Positions 12,801-24,708 of a DNA stretch of 64,000 nt are shown here, piece after piece. The notes under the pieces are model-generated. The model was not told the DNA's origin. It saw nothing but the letters and a program-made list of their open reading frames with translations, and did not search any database. The translations under genes were made by a program, and so were the position numbers. This stretch comes from Podarcis bocagei (Eukaryota): NCBI GenBank assembly GCA_964188305.1, contig OZ076888.1; one strand, 5' to 3'. Each line of letters opens with the position of its first letter. The stretch's first letter is position 1.

Positions 12801-14332
12801 AATGGCAAAGATTTCTGAGGAGAGAATTCTGATTATACCTCAAGTTACCAAGGAGAACACTAGATGTATTTCAAAATGCTTTCTATTTTAAGGATTGTTC
12901 ATCGTAATAGTCTGACAGGATATATTTAGAAGCGGCAGAGGTCCCCCCCCCTCCACCCCCCCTTCCTTGTCTGGGAAAATTCATACTACTTTATGCCACT
13001 ATGGTTATAAATCACATAATAAACTTTCCAGTTTCATGGAAAAATGGCAACCCTCCTCAGCTTTGGTGTCTGATAGAAGGAAGATAAGTAATAAAGAGTC
13101 TCCTGTGTGAGAAGAAATAGGGAGAGCCTGCTGTTTTAATTTTGTTCCCAGCAGTGGGCCGAACTTTGTTCTTTCAGCGCCAACCTTCATGACTGGCTTG
13201 ATTATAATGTTGGAATTCAATCCCTTGCATATCTTTGGGTTTGGAGCCATTAATGGAGTCTCCAGGAAGAGGGAGACATCTCCTGCAGGAACATAACAGT
13301 AAATAAAACTAATAACACACTGGATTTACACACAGTAATTTACACACAGATTACTCCGAATGCGTAAGTTCACAACAGTGTCAGATTTTATTTCTATACC
13401 TTTAGATATTGCTGCTTGAAATGCAGTTCAAAGGAATTTCATTTGTATTTCTTGGGATGGGGGGGAACTGTAGTGTCTCCCACCCCTCTTTCATTCTTAT
13501 TTAATAGTTGAAATGCATGTATTTAATAGTTGAAATGCACAGTGCACAGTCTAAAGAATGCCATGTATGAATAGGAATATGATATGTGTATGTGTGGAAT
13601 TTAAAACTAGTTGTTCCAAAATAGAGATTAAAAGGATGTTTATAACATTCTGAAGACTGCTGGTTATTATGGGGATAACCTAAGAAATGGTTAGGGGTGC
13701 AGCTGTGTTATACCAATGAGCTCAAACATACATTTAATGGCTTGGTCAACTAAATCTCAAAATGGTGGAGAAGAATTCTTATGAGAACGCCAGAAGGATG
13801 TGAGTTCTGTCCTCTCATCTTTTTTTTTAATTTCTAAGTTTCTGCATAGCATGTGACAATAGGGTCCCATTGTTTTTACATTTGATTTTACTCCAAATGC
13901 TCATACATCTTTAGGCTAAAAAAGAAGTTCATTGAATGTTGCTGGTTTTCTTTTTACACTTGTGCATTCTGCTCTAGGCTTTGTAATAATTTGCACAGTG
14001 GGAGAGGCGCCAGGCGTCTGTCCATCAGAACATAGGAGACTGTGCTTCTTAGAACCAGATCCAAAATTCCTGACAATATTATAGTTAGTGGCTTATGCAT
14101 GTAGCCATCCATTCAGTTCCAGGTTGGAGGTGTGAGTAATTCAGATTAATCTTTGTGTATTCTACTTGCCCAGCAAAAGTTGGCCCTGTTCACCTGTTCC
14201 CCTACCCTTATTTCTTAAGAAGCTTCTGATTTAATAGAGGAATCGCCATTGAGTTTGGAACTACTGTAGTTTTGAAGTCAATCCTATTGTCATTAGGATT
14301 CTCTGCAAGGATCTTTTTTAGATGTTGATAGT

Positions 14333-14700
14333 TTACAGGAGTGCCTCTCCCTATATCAGCCTGCCCCTTTCTTAAGATCGAAGGAGTGTCTTTAGCATGT
14401 CCTATCACTGGCGGAGGTGGTATGTGGTGATGCAGAAGAGAGCCTTCTCTGTGGTGGCACCCTGTTTGTGGAATATCCTCCCCTCAGAAGTGAGATTGGC
14501 TCTGACAATATTTTTTCACCAGGTCAAAACCTATTATTTGCCCAGGCATATTATGGTTTAGTTGCTTATTAGCCTGCTTTGTTATTTTTATCTCCCTCCA
14601 TTTGTTTTGAGGGTTTCAGTGCTGGTTGTATGGTGGTTTTTAAAGTTTTGCACCCTGGCCAAGTATCTGTAGATGAAGGGTGAGTTATAAATATTTTTAA
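14333..14700 (+). mobile_element. L2-clade LINE 3' fragment
   Basis: Degenerate ORF2 C-terminus: LQECLSLYQPAPFLRS... then RAFSVVAPCLWNILPSEVR; T-rich 3' UTR and AT tail. Confidence 0.75.
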
Positions 14701-15190
14701 TATATTAAAAGGAAATAATTGGCCTTCAACCAAGTGTGATGTCATTTGGCAAACAAATGGATATTTCTTTCTATTCTTTTTCTAAGCCACTCACCTCTTA
14801 TTTTAAGTTAGTCTATCATAAAATATACATGCTGCTCTCAAATTCTTTTATGTCAATTTTTTTTAAGTCATAGGATCTTGTTGGTTACGGTTAGCACTTT
14901 AAATAATATAGAGTTTGATGGGATCCAAACATTCATTGTCTCCTGCTTCCGTTCGCTATCCATGATGTAGGCCAATAAAAAACAAAGTTTGCAGTCTCAT
15001 TAATACAAAGGGCCTTGGAAACTTGCAAAATTGCTCAAAATAATTAAAACTTCCGTAAATTGGCTTGTTCAGGATGACTTATCCTGAGTTTGAAACCTCT
15101 TCCACTGTTTCAACTTCTGATTTGTTTACGGGAAGAAGTGAACAGATGATCAATGGGAGCTGAAATATGATCTGAGGAGCCTCATGAGTA

Positions 15191-15466
15191 CAGTGGAACC
15201 TCAGGTTGCGAACGTGATCCATGCAGGAGGCACGTTTGCAACCCACAGTTTTGTGTCTTCACACGCACGTGACACGATTTGGCGCTTCTGCGCATGCGCA
15301 AAGTGCGATTTAGCGCTTCTGCGCATGCGCAAAGTGCGATTTAGCGCTTCTGCGCATGCGCGAGCACTGAAACCCAGAAGTAACCTGTTCCGGTACTTCC
15401 GGGTTTCGGCACATCCGTAACCCGAAAATGCGCAACCCACAGCAATCGCAACCCAAGGTATGACTG
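15191..15466. mobile_element. Tc1/mariner (Tigger-like) MITE with internal 31-bp tandem repeat
   Basis: TA|CAGTGGAACCTCAGGTTGCG ... CGCAACCCAAGGTATGACTG|TA. About three copies of a 31-bp unit at 15275-15362. Confidence 0.85.
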
Positions 15467-15709
15467 TACTCAGGGCTTTCTCCCAGATCTCTGTTTTCAT
15501 CTTGTGGTAACTATCCTGTGTAAGCTGTATCATAACTCTAAAATTATGTGGGCCACGCTGCTTCATACAGGGCACTGGTGGTGACTGAAACAATGAGCAA
15601 GTGAAATGAATGAAAATCCCAAGCCTTGAAAACCATTGGTATAATAAGATCTAGAGCTCCAAATATTTAAACAATAATTAAGGACCTGTACTTGTATGGT
15701 CAGTAAGTA

Positions 15710-15846
15710 CCGTATTTTTCCGTCTATAAGACGCCCCCTATTTTGGGGGATTCCAAATTAAGAAAACATCCCTCAGCACTACCAGTGTATAAGACGAGCC
15801 CCAATTTTTTGTAAAAAAACCTAGTCCTATACATGGAAAAATACGG
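15710..15846. mobile_element. Tc1/mariner (Tc2-type) MITE
   Basis: TA|CCGTATTTTTCC ... GGAAAAATACGG|TA. Perfect 12-bp TIR core with internal TATAAGACG repeats. Confidence 0.85.
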
Positions 15847-15982
15847 TAGTTCTTTGTGTGCGTGGTTGAATGTGCTGCTCTGATCCATTGTAACTAATAA
15901 AGAAAAACTGCTCACAATTTAGGGGAATTGGCTCTTGAAGTTATAAAATGGCTAATCCTTTTCTTCTTGGTTTATCTTCCAG

Positions 15983-16012
15983 ATCTACGCACAACGAACT
16001 AGAAAAGAACCG
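15983..16012 (+). CDS. MXI1: MXI1 internal 30-nt coding exon (basic region of bHLH, (R)STHNELEKN(R))
   Basis: ttcttcttggtttatcttccAG|ATCTACGCACAACGAACTAGAAAAGAACCG|GTAAGT. Strong acceptor and donor; phase 2-2; translates to the MXD-family basic region HNELEKNR and joins in frame to the next exon. Confidence 0.96.
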
Positions 16013-17871
16013 GTAAGTTACTGATAAACTGTCTTCCTGAAAATGCAAACTTTTATCAGTGTGTCTAAATGTTAAACCCTTCAGCTTTCCTCTGGTTTGC
16101 CCTGGCAGCCTGGAAATGCCACATTGCACCAGGTGAGTGCTTTTTTCAAAACGGAACAAAACAGCGTGCACACACAGACACACACACAAATCCATGCAAA
16201 GATCTGGAAAGAAGAAGTACCTCTCTTACCCTCCCCGAAATGCAAAGAAGTGACCCATTTTTGCAGCTCATCTGTATGCAGAAGAAATACTGTTTCTCTT
16301 CTCTTTGCAAACTGAAATCTGATTGGGTCAGTGTCCATACATGAGGTTGCTAGGGTATCGGATTTCTCAGACACTACATGTTAAGGCCTGTCATAATCCC
16401 TGCCTATTGCAGGGAAATAGCATTGTCCAATGGCTTTTAAATCTGGCTAGCCATTGCTCCTCTGGAGTGGTGCTCTTGTAACGTGCTTCAGGATGCAGCC
16501 CGCTTATCCTTGAGCCCAAGTTTTTCAGCAAGCCATGCAGTTTTGTTGCTTGGCTAGCTCTACTCTATGACTCATCTCCTTTGTAACAGGAGTTAGAGTA
16601 ATATAAATACTACTGAGACAACAGGGACTTAGTTCACACGCAGATCGGGTTATGGCATTGCTTTCAGGATGCTATCATTGTACCCAGGCTTCCTATTTAT
16701 AAACGTATCTTCAGGATTGGGGAGGGTGGGTGTAGGGAGGCTAGTTGAATCACTGTTCCCAGGCTCGCTGATATGGTCCTGTGGAAGGGAAAACCTCTTG
16801 CATGGGAAGGGCAGACTTACTCTGACCGCCTTCCGAATCCACTGATAATGAAGAGGGGACCTAAGGCCTGGTGCTCCAATGGGACCCAACCACCGCTCTG
16901 TCTGGCTGTTGGCCACACCCTTCACAAATTCTGCCTCATCAACTCCTTGAACAGGTGCGGGAAACCCTTTTGCCCTGCAGATGTTGCTGAACTACAACTA
17001 CACCAGCCCCAGCAAACCTGGATGATGGTCCGAGGTGATGGGAGTTCAGCCACATCTGGAGGGGCAAAGCTTCTCCACACCAACCTCTGAATGTCTTCTG
17101 CCTGCCCTCGTACTCTGTATCTTGCTTGCCTGGGTGGAGAATAGAGAGGGGGCTGTATGAGTGTGGGTAGAAATTAGCTTCCTGTGCAAAGGTAAAATTC
17201 ACCTTTGCTGCCTTGCTCACTTTTGCCTCAGGCCCTCTCCACCCCCAGCATGTGGCCCTCTGGTAAGGTGCTCAAATTGGAGCCCAACCCTCGGTCTGAA
17301 ACGGGTTCCCCCCACGCCGCCCGCAGCAGGGGCATCTCCAGCTTAGCATCCTGGCTAAAGACACAGCCACAACTCTCAGGCTGGAACAGAAGAAGTTAAC
17401 GTGCTTCCACAAAATCAAAAGGTTCTGTGTGCGCACCAGTGTCCCTCTGTCACAGCAGCGCTTTGTAGTTTTTGTTTTGGTGTCCTGCCTTGTCCCCTGA
17501 CATCGCAAGCCTGTTCTTTGTGGGTTTCCTGTGTATGTTTACTTCCTTCTGCAAAGGGCTGGGGGCTGGGCCCGTTGTTGTTGTCTTGAGCTGAGCTTGC
17601 AATTTCAATTAACGATAATGCTAAAAGTGCACACAGCTATATGCTTTTGAGGCACCAATAGTTTTGTGAGGGGGAGGGGATTTTAGAAAGGGGGGAAAAA
17701 CACTAGGGGGAGTTCTGATAGGTCTGTGGGAATGCAAAGGAGGTCAAGTTCGGAAAGAAAACAGAGGGGAGGGAGCAACATGCATAGGCACAAAATCAAA
17801 TGGGAGAAGCTGGGCTTTATTTTCTCGCCTGCAAAGGGCCATCTACCACAGTGGGAAGGATTCAAGAGCCC

Positions 17872-18071
17872 NNNNNNNNNNNNNNNNNNNNNNNNNNNNN
17901 NNNNNNNNNNNNNNNNNNNNNNNNNNNNNNNNNNNNNNNNNNNNNNNNNNNNNNNNNNNNNNNNNNNNNNNNNNNNNNNNNNNNNNNNNNNNNNNNNNNN
18001 NNNNNNNNNNNNNNNNNNNNNNNNNNNNNNNNNNNNNNNNNNNNNNNNNNNNNNNNNNNNNNNNNNNNNNN
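17872..18071. other. Assembly gap (200 N)
   Basis: Run of exactly 200 N; probably a placeholder of unknown true size. Confidence 0.99.
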
Positions 18072-18118
18072 CCGTTCGGGGCACGAAAGTGCACAGAGTG
18101 CCCAACCGGGTACCACTG
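18072..18118. mobile_element. Right end of a Tigger-like MITE truncated by the gap
   Basis: Ends GGTACCACTG|TA, the same terminus as the copies at 43842-44006 and 62728-62952. Confidence 0.65.
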
Positions 18119-21100
18119 TATAGGAGTCTTAATGGTGTAGAATTTAGATTTATCACAAGGAACATAGTAGCCTTGTTAAAATTGGACATCTCCTTGGGAG
18201 GGGTGGGGAAGAAAACTATCCGCTATTTCATGCATTTAAGAAACACATAGTCACAGTGCATTGCAATTTATAGATCCCTATTACGAGCCAAGTTGCTGTA
18301 TGCTGTGTTTTGGTTTCCTGTCAGTGGGTTGGAGACAGGGCAGGAAGACTGAAATATGCAATGTGGGGAGAAGTTTTTGCAGCATAGTGAAGACAGCGGC
18401 AGGCTTAGGACAGTGCTTGTGGCAGTGGCGATCTGGAGCTTCTGCCATCCTAGTACAGCTAGAGGAGCTGCAAAGCTGAGCATGCCGCCATTCAGGAACC
18501 TCATGTCATGTATTGTTTACTTTCTTAAACTCTTCTTGTTTTATTTCCTTTGCCCTTCACAACAAGAGCTAAAAATCCCCAGTGTGTGTTCTTTATTCTC
18601 TTTTGTGTTATGTCAGCAGCACTGAACTTGGGACGCTTTTAAAATTAGTTTTGCCCGTTTTGGTTTCGTTATACGCTGTCCCTCCATTACGTGTGGGGCG
18701 GGGGAGGGAGGAAGCGAACACAGTAAAATGGGAGCAGTTCCCTGAGGTGTGATTCCATGTTTCCACGTAAATATTGCAGTCACAGAGCTGGGTCCGGTCT
18801 CTTTGATCTCTCCCACCTGCCAGCTCCCTTTTAGCAAGGGTTAGATTAGGGAAAGTTCCATGCAGGTGGCCCCATCCATATGGCTGTGATATACACAAAC
18901 ATCCTCTCTTGCAACAGCAGAGGATCATGTTATGTGGTTCTTGCACTGTTCTGTGTTTGTGAAGGAGCTTTAGAGAATTTAATCTGGACTTTCAGCCTTC
19001 AGAACTTCTAACTGTAAAAGCTCAGAGCAGGTTTGGAGATGACTTCTCTTCTCAGACCTATCTTCCATTTTGCTTTCATTGAATAACCTCCTTCACCCTA
19101 CTCCTGAACACTGGCATCCAACGTTGCCCTAAAGTTTCAGAGCAATACTTTGTCCCCTATTCTAGTCATGCTCAGCTATTGAGAAAGCAGTCTGGGTTCA
19201 CTGTAGGTTCCCACAGCTATATCACTGAAGCAAAGTGCTGCTTTTGGGTTGGCGGCATTTTGCTTGAGGAGTAACTTTTGCCTTCACTTGAAATGCGTTC
19301 TATGTTTTTATATGTTGGATGCTTACAAGGATATCAGTGGGCCGCTAGCAGGATAGTGATTGGCTCAACACCTGAAGAGCACGAGGAAATAGGCAGCAGG
19401 TAGTGAGGTGTTGGGGTGTTTGAGGGGGAGGACGGTGGCAGGTTTCTGTGGCTTGTGTCCCTTTTCTCAAGCCGTTTATGCCAACAAAATTTAATGGACA
19501 CCCTTCTGGTGCAGCTAAAAGTAGAAGTAGCTAAAACAGTCACCTGAGAACCAGACTGTGTTTTAATGCTAGTGGAGAAATCTCCTTCTGGGCTCCAAGG
19601 CAAACAAAAGGATTGCTTCACCTTCAGATTTTCATTGCTCTCTATCTGTAGCGTCTTTAAGTCTGCAACTGTCTGCAGACTTAACATTGGCAAAGATAAA
19701 AGCCCTGAATCTAATGGCTTTGTTGCAGGCAGTTGCTCCTTTTTGCTTCTTTCTCTATTCTCCCCCCACCCCCTTGTGGAGATTATTTCCTTTTTGAATC
19801 CCCCTGTTATCTCCATTATTGACATACCCTGTAATTTTCAAAATTGTCCACTATTAGGTCCCTGACTCAGTTTCTTCCCCCTTTGTCTGCAAGTGGGTGC
19901 TTGTCTGGTGTGGTGTTTAAATTTTATTTTAACCCCTTCTGGTCAGGCAGGTGTGGCTTTTAAAAACATAGGCACAGAAATCATAGGCTTTGCTAACATC
20001 CCTCTTCTTTGCGTTAACCACTGTGTAGCATTATGTCTGCACTGAGGTTAATGTTAACCATGGTTTGCTTTAGATGGGGTTTGTAAACCATCGTTGGCTT
20101 CTCGCGCCTGCTCTCCTAGCTTGTATTCAGTATTGTTCATAGCCCTATTTGCTTTTCCTAGATGCCTATGTTGCATGGGCAGCTAGCTTTGGGCTGTGTA
20201 CCATATCCATCCCATCCACCCCTCTCTGTTTTACACCCAACTGGTGTCACTGGTTTCTGGCTGGAAGCCAGATGGTGCTTTTTTCCTATTAGCATTCCAA
20301 CTCACTTGCTAATCTCTCTCTGCCCCCCTCCTTGAAATTCTACAAGATTGCTTCAAGTGGGCCTGCTCACTTCAGTAAACAAGCTAAGACTATGTCCATT
20401 GGCGGCACTTTTTATAGATTCTTGGGACAAATATTTCCCCAGTGCTTTCTTTCTGCACTTTTCCAAAGTGTGCAGCTTCGTTTAAGCTGTGAGTCAAATC
20501 TGTGAGATGTGTTTTAATAGTCTCTCCACCCACAACCTGCACATTTTTGAAACGTGTGCACGTATTTAAAATATTTATTTCCCATCTTTCAGCTGAAGTT
20601 CCATTTGGACCCAGGCATAATTCACTGTTGTTGCCACTGTGTGTGAGAATACCAAACAGAACAATCCTGACCTTAGCCTCCCTGACTCATTTTGTAAATA
20701 AACTCAGGAAAACTAGATCAAGCATTTCACATTCATTTATATCATATTCCTAAGTGTATGGTAAAATCTGCACGCATTTATTTCTAGTACTTCATATTAA
20801 TAAGTTGTAAGACAAAGTGCTAGACGCAAATCTTATTCTTCTGTTATGTTCAGATCTTAATAGACTTACAGCAGTGTTCTTTTCTTTCTTTTAGAAAGAA
20901 AAGACCCTGAATTTAACCCAGCAATTTGGATCTTGCAAATTATAGCTTAAATTTGGGAGTTATGTATGACTATTTTAAAGTTTTGCATGGAAGAACCTAA
21001 GGGCTTTGATTTTCTGGTACCCTATTCAGAATAAATGTATGCATATTTATTGGTATCCATAGTACATTCTGAGTACATAGTGCACTTTTAAAAACTAGAA

Positions 21101-24100
21101 TGTGTGTAGTTTAATTTCAGGTTCTTTAGATTCAGGTTCTAGGACTTGGCTGTGTACAAGTTTTGTCTCCCTTAATAACAGTTCCTCTTTGGCCATATCT
21201 GTTTTCTTAAGTTGTCCCCTCACTGGAGGAATTTACCCCTCGGTAAATGCTTCCTTGCTTCTCTGTATAGTGTGCACTTTGGGAAAATCTGTGTGTGATG
21301 TTATCATTTATATGTTGGAATAGCTGTGCCCACCTGATACACAGTAAAGCCTCTTCCCTTTGATGAAAGTGGTAGCTTTAGGTATGAGCTGTCAGCACCT
21401 CTGCTGCCAGAGAGTTGAAATGTGGTTCTGGGAAATCTAGATTCACGTCTAGTCAGCCTTATACATTCTGGATAACCTTGGAGACTGGCTGCCTCTCAGC
21501 CCCAAGCCCCCACGTGCGAAAGGGAATTGTTGTGACCTTGTTCAGACGTTTCTTGAGTTGATAAGCAAAATAATTATTGTAAAACACTTTGAAAATGAAA
21601 TACTGCTGTATAAATGATTGATAATGCAGGAGCAAACCATTTTTATCCTCACGTATTTGACTAGCTGTGATGAATGTTTCATTTTGGAGGTGAATCAGAG
21701 CACTTCTAAATGGTGAATCTCCTTTTGTAAAGGAAGCGTGCATACAAAAGTACATAATTTGTGTGGTAAGCCTGCTATGGGAGTGGACAAAGCACTTTTT
21801 AAAATATACAACCTTATTTTGTTCCCTGTCTGGTTTTGTGGAAACCAGTTTTGTTACAGCAGAAACTGGCTGTGTGTAACACTGATTTGTTTATAGACAC
21901 TGGTAACACCACTAAGCCATTTCCTCCCTCCTCCCTGTAATATTATTTAATTGTTTTTAAATTGATTCTACATTTCTAAAGGAGCAAAATGTACATACAG
22001 CACCTTGAGGTAAAGTTACAAGAGCCCACTGAAGAATGAGGTGAGGGGCAAGGAAAGATAACTTGAGTCACTGGCCATTATATCAGTCGAACGTCCTCAA
22101 ATGCATTTATGTCTGGTGGCACCTTAAAAATTTGTAAATTCTGGAACAAGTGGTTTCAGAAGAATGCTCAAGAGGTGCAAAACAAAGAAAAGCCCTTTTC
22201 TGTCATTGCTTGATGAGATCCTGGAGGATCTGTTTATGTTACAGACCTGAAGTCTTAGCTGTGTTTTCCACAAAGGTAGTGGGATCTGGGGAAACTGGTG
22301 GCATTATAATCCTGAAAGTTGGGTGCTTGAATGGGTGGAAGGATTATACATTACTACACCTACTTAACCATTTGGCCCAAGGGAGCAAGAAATGGATTTC
22401 TTGCCAAACCAGTGCTCCTACCGGCATCTTTGCACTGCAGCCTTGCCCTTCCCCTTCTGGCAAGCTGCAGTGATGCAATTGACTGGAGGTCAGGTGAGTG
22501 CTGCCGTCCCACTTTGCTGTCTCCTACTGCGAGTTGCTTTTAAAATGGGCTGAGTGTCAGCCTTGGATTAGGTTCTGTTTAAAGCCTGTTGGACTGAAGG
22601 TGGACATCCAGTGTGGAAAGGAAACTTGCCCACAAGTTTCGGGACGGTAGTCTGGTTCTTTAGCCACGTGATTGCTTTGCCTGCCTTGAAATTTGTGCTG
22701 TTGTTGTTTCCCAACAACAAGAGTTGTTTCCCCTGTTGCTACAAAGGCAGTAACTGATACAGCAGCGGCAGCTTGATGAGTGCACACTGCAAACACTATA
22801 AAAATGAATAAGACTCCCTTCCCATCCCAATTCCTGATTAGAAGTATGTGCAGGCAGGTAAATGGAGTGTTGAAATTGACTTGTCCGAATCTCAAGCAGC
22901 TTCAGGCCTAGTTAATTCCACTCAAGAGAAGCTTAGAAAATGTGGTTGGAAAGCTATACTATATGGAGAAAATGGATTTTAGAAATAAGATAATATTTTC
23001 GGGCCAGTGTGCTACTGCTTTGTGGCTTAGCTCATTTTGTGCTTAGAGATGCATGATTAAACAGGGGTTACGCACATTCCATTGGGTGCTTCAAAAACCA
23101 CTCCATGCCTGGGGAACAAGTTTTGGGGTAGAATGAGCCCTGCCAAGACTCAAGGAACTTAAAATAAAATCAAGAGTTTGCAGTGCTGCAATTCCAGAAA
23201 TTATTTCAAGAACAAAGTAAAGACATCCTTGAAATGATGGTATGTTAGTGTTTAATGGATTTGTGGCATGTTTAATGGTTTTTTCCAATAAGAACAGTAG
23301 TTACCTTCAGTCCCCTAAAACCTGTGCATTCTCTTACTGTGACTATAAGTGTGCATGCTCTTGCATTCAAATCTGATATTGAAACTGTTGACAATTCAGT
23401 TTTTCTCTTTTTTCTTCATAACTTGGGTTTGTGTCATTGCCTGTGGCAAGGTAAAGGGGGCAATGAGCCAACAGTTTAGTTACAGGGAAAGAATTATAGA
23501 TTTATAACAAGCTATTAATATGTAGGGAATGTAAGCCCCACGTCTATGAGCTGAATAACCACATTCTGCAACAAGAATGTGTTCTATCCATTCAGGAATT
23601 GTACATGTTTACTTTTTTTGCATTATTAGAGCTGAGGCCACTGCATTTCTTCAGTGCAGGACTTTAAGTATTATTTTCTTAAGATACTGGATCAGTGGCA
23701 GGTACTGCATCTAAACGTCAGTGCCCAGGAATATGTGAACTAGCCAGATCTCAGAGATATCACCTGAGCCAACCACTGGGTCTGGATTTCCAGCTCATGT
23801 TTAAGTTCGTTCAGGTAAGGGATTCTGATGGAGCAGCTTGTTTGTTGCACATCACATTGCTCCATACACCCATGAGCATCACCAGGTAGAAACCACTTGG
23901 GAAGTTCTGGCGAAGAGAAGATGAGGTAATAATAAGAGCATAATTTTGCCAACCTATCAAGAGTGCTTTAGAACATAAACAACTTATGTTCCTTAACTAT
24001 CTCATTCTTTCCTATGTAGCAGGAAGATAAGCCAAGCAAAGAATATGCACATAGCTGTTCCGATAAATAAAATCATGAATGTTTGTGAACATGATAAATA

Positions 24101-24680
24101 CACAGTAAATATACAGCCATTCACAGATGCATGAATTCTGATAATAGCATGCAGGTGATAAGTCAATTTTATATGGTATTCTCGTTGCTATGATATCCAT
24201 AAAGTTGGGTATCTTTCTGTGCAGACACCCATTTAAAATATTAATACCGTGTTAGGGAAATGAGATACACTCAAGTGCAGCTTTGAGAGAACGGTGCAGA
24301 CTATGTACAAAAACTTTTAAAATGACTGTGGGTTGGGCGGACACCAAGTTTGGTGATGCTACCAGGTAGTGGCATATAATGCCCATTTTAAAAAAGCTGG
24401 ATCAAATTAAGGGAGTACATTGCATATTGTTAACCCCAAAGAGTGAACATGCTTGTTTGCGACCATTGTTTCATAAGTGCCTATCTTCTCACTTCTGAGC
24501 ATTTCTGCACCAGAATTGGCAGGTTCATGGAAATATTTGCGCCACCTCATGTCCATGCACCAAAGCATTTTTTTCCCTTTTGAAATCTTGGATTTAGAAA
24601 GGTTAGGTAGGCTGAGTAGGTTTTGTTTGGCTCTTGAAACTTGTTCTTGTTGCAGAATTCCTTCCTTTTTAAAGCAGATC

Positions 24681-24708
24681 GGATGGATGGATGGATGGAT
24701 GGATGGAT
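24681..24708. repeat. (GGAT)7 microsatellite
   Basis: Direct reading. Confidence 0.95.

Noticed and set aside
15275-15362. 31-bp repeats resembling a CRISPR-like array
   Set aside because: Head-to-tail units with no spacers, inside a TA-flanked MITE in a vertebrate intron.
15201-15593. 130-aa ORF with repeated CAEA/RMR motifs
   Set aside because: A by-product of the stop-poor MITE tandem repeat.
17683-18250. Five ORFs of 83-174 aa spanning the N run
   Set aside because: Artefacts of translating through 200 N.
19334-19825. 163-aa minus-strand ORF, the longest gap-free ORF in the track
   Set aside because: No recognisable domain, and it is antisense within an intron; its length is compatible with chance in 64 kb over six frames.
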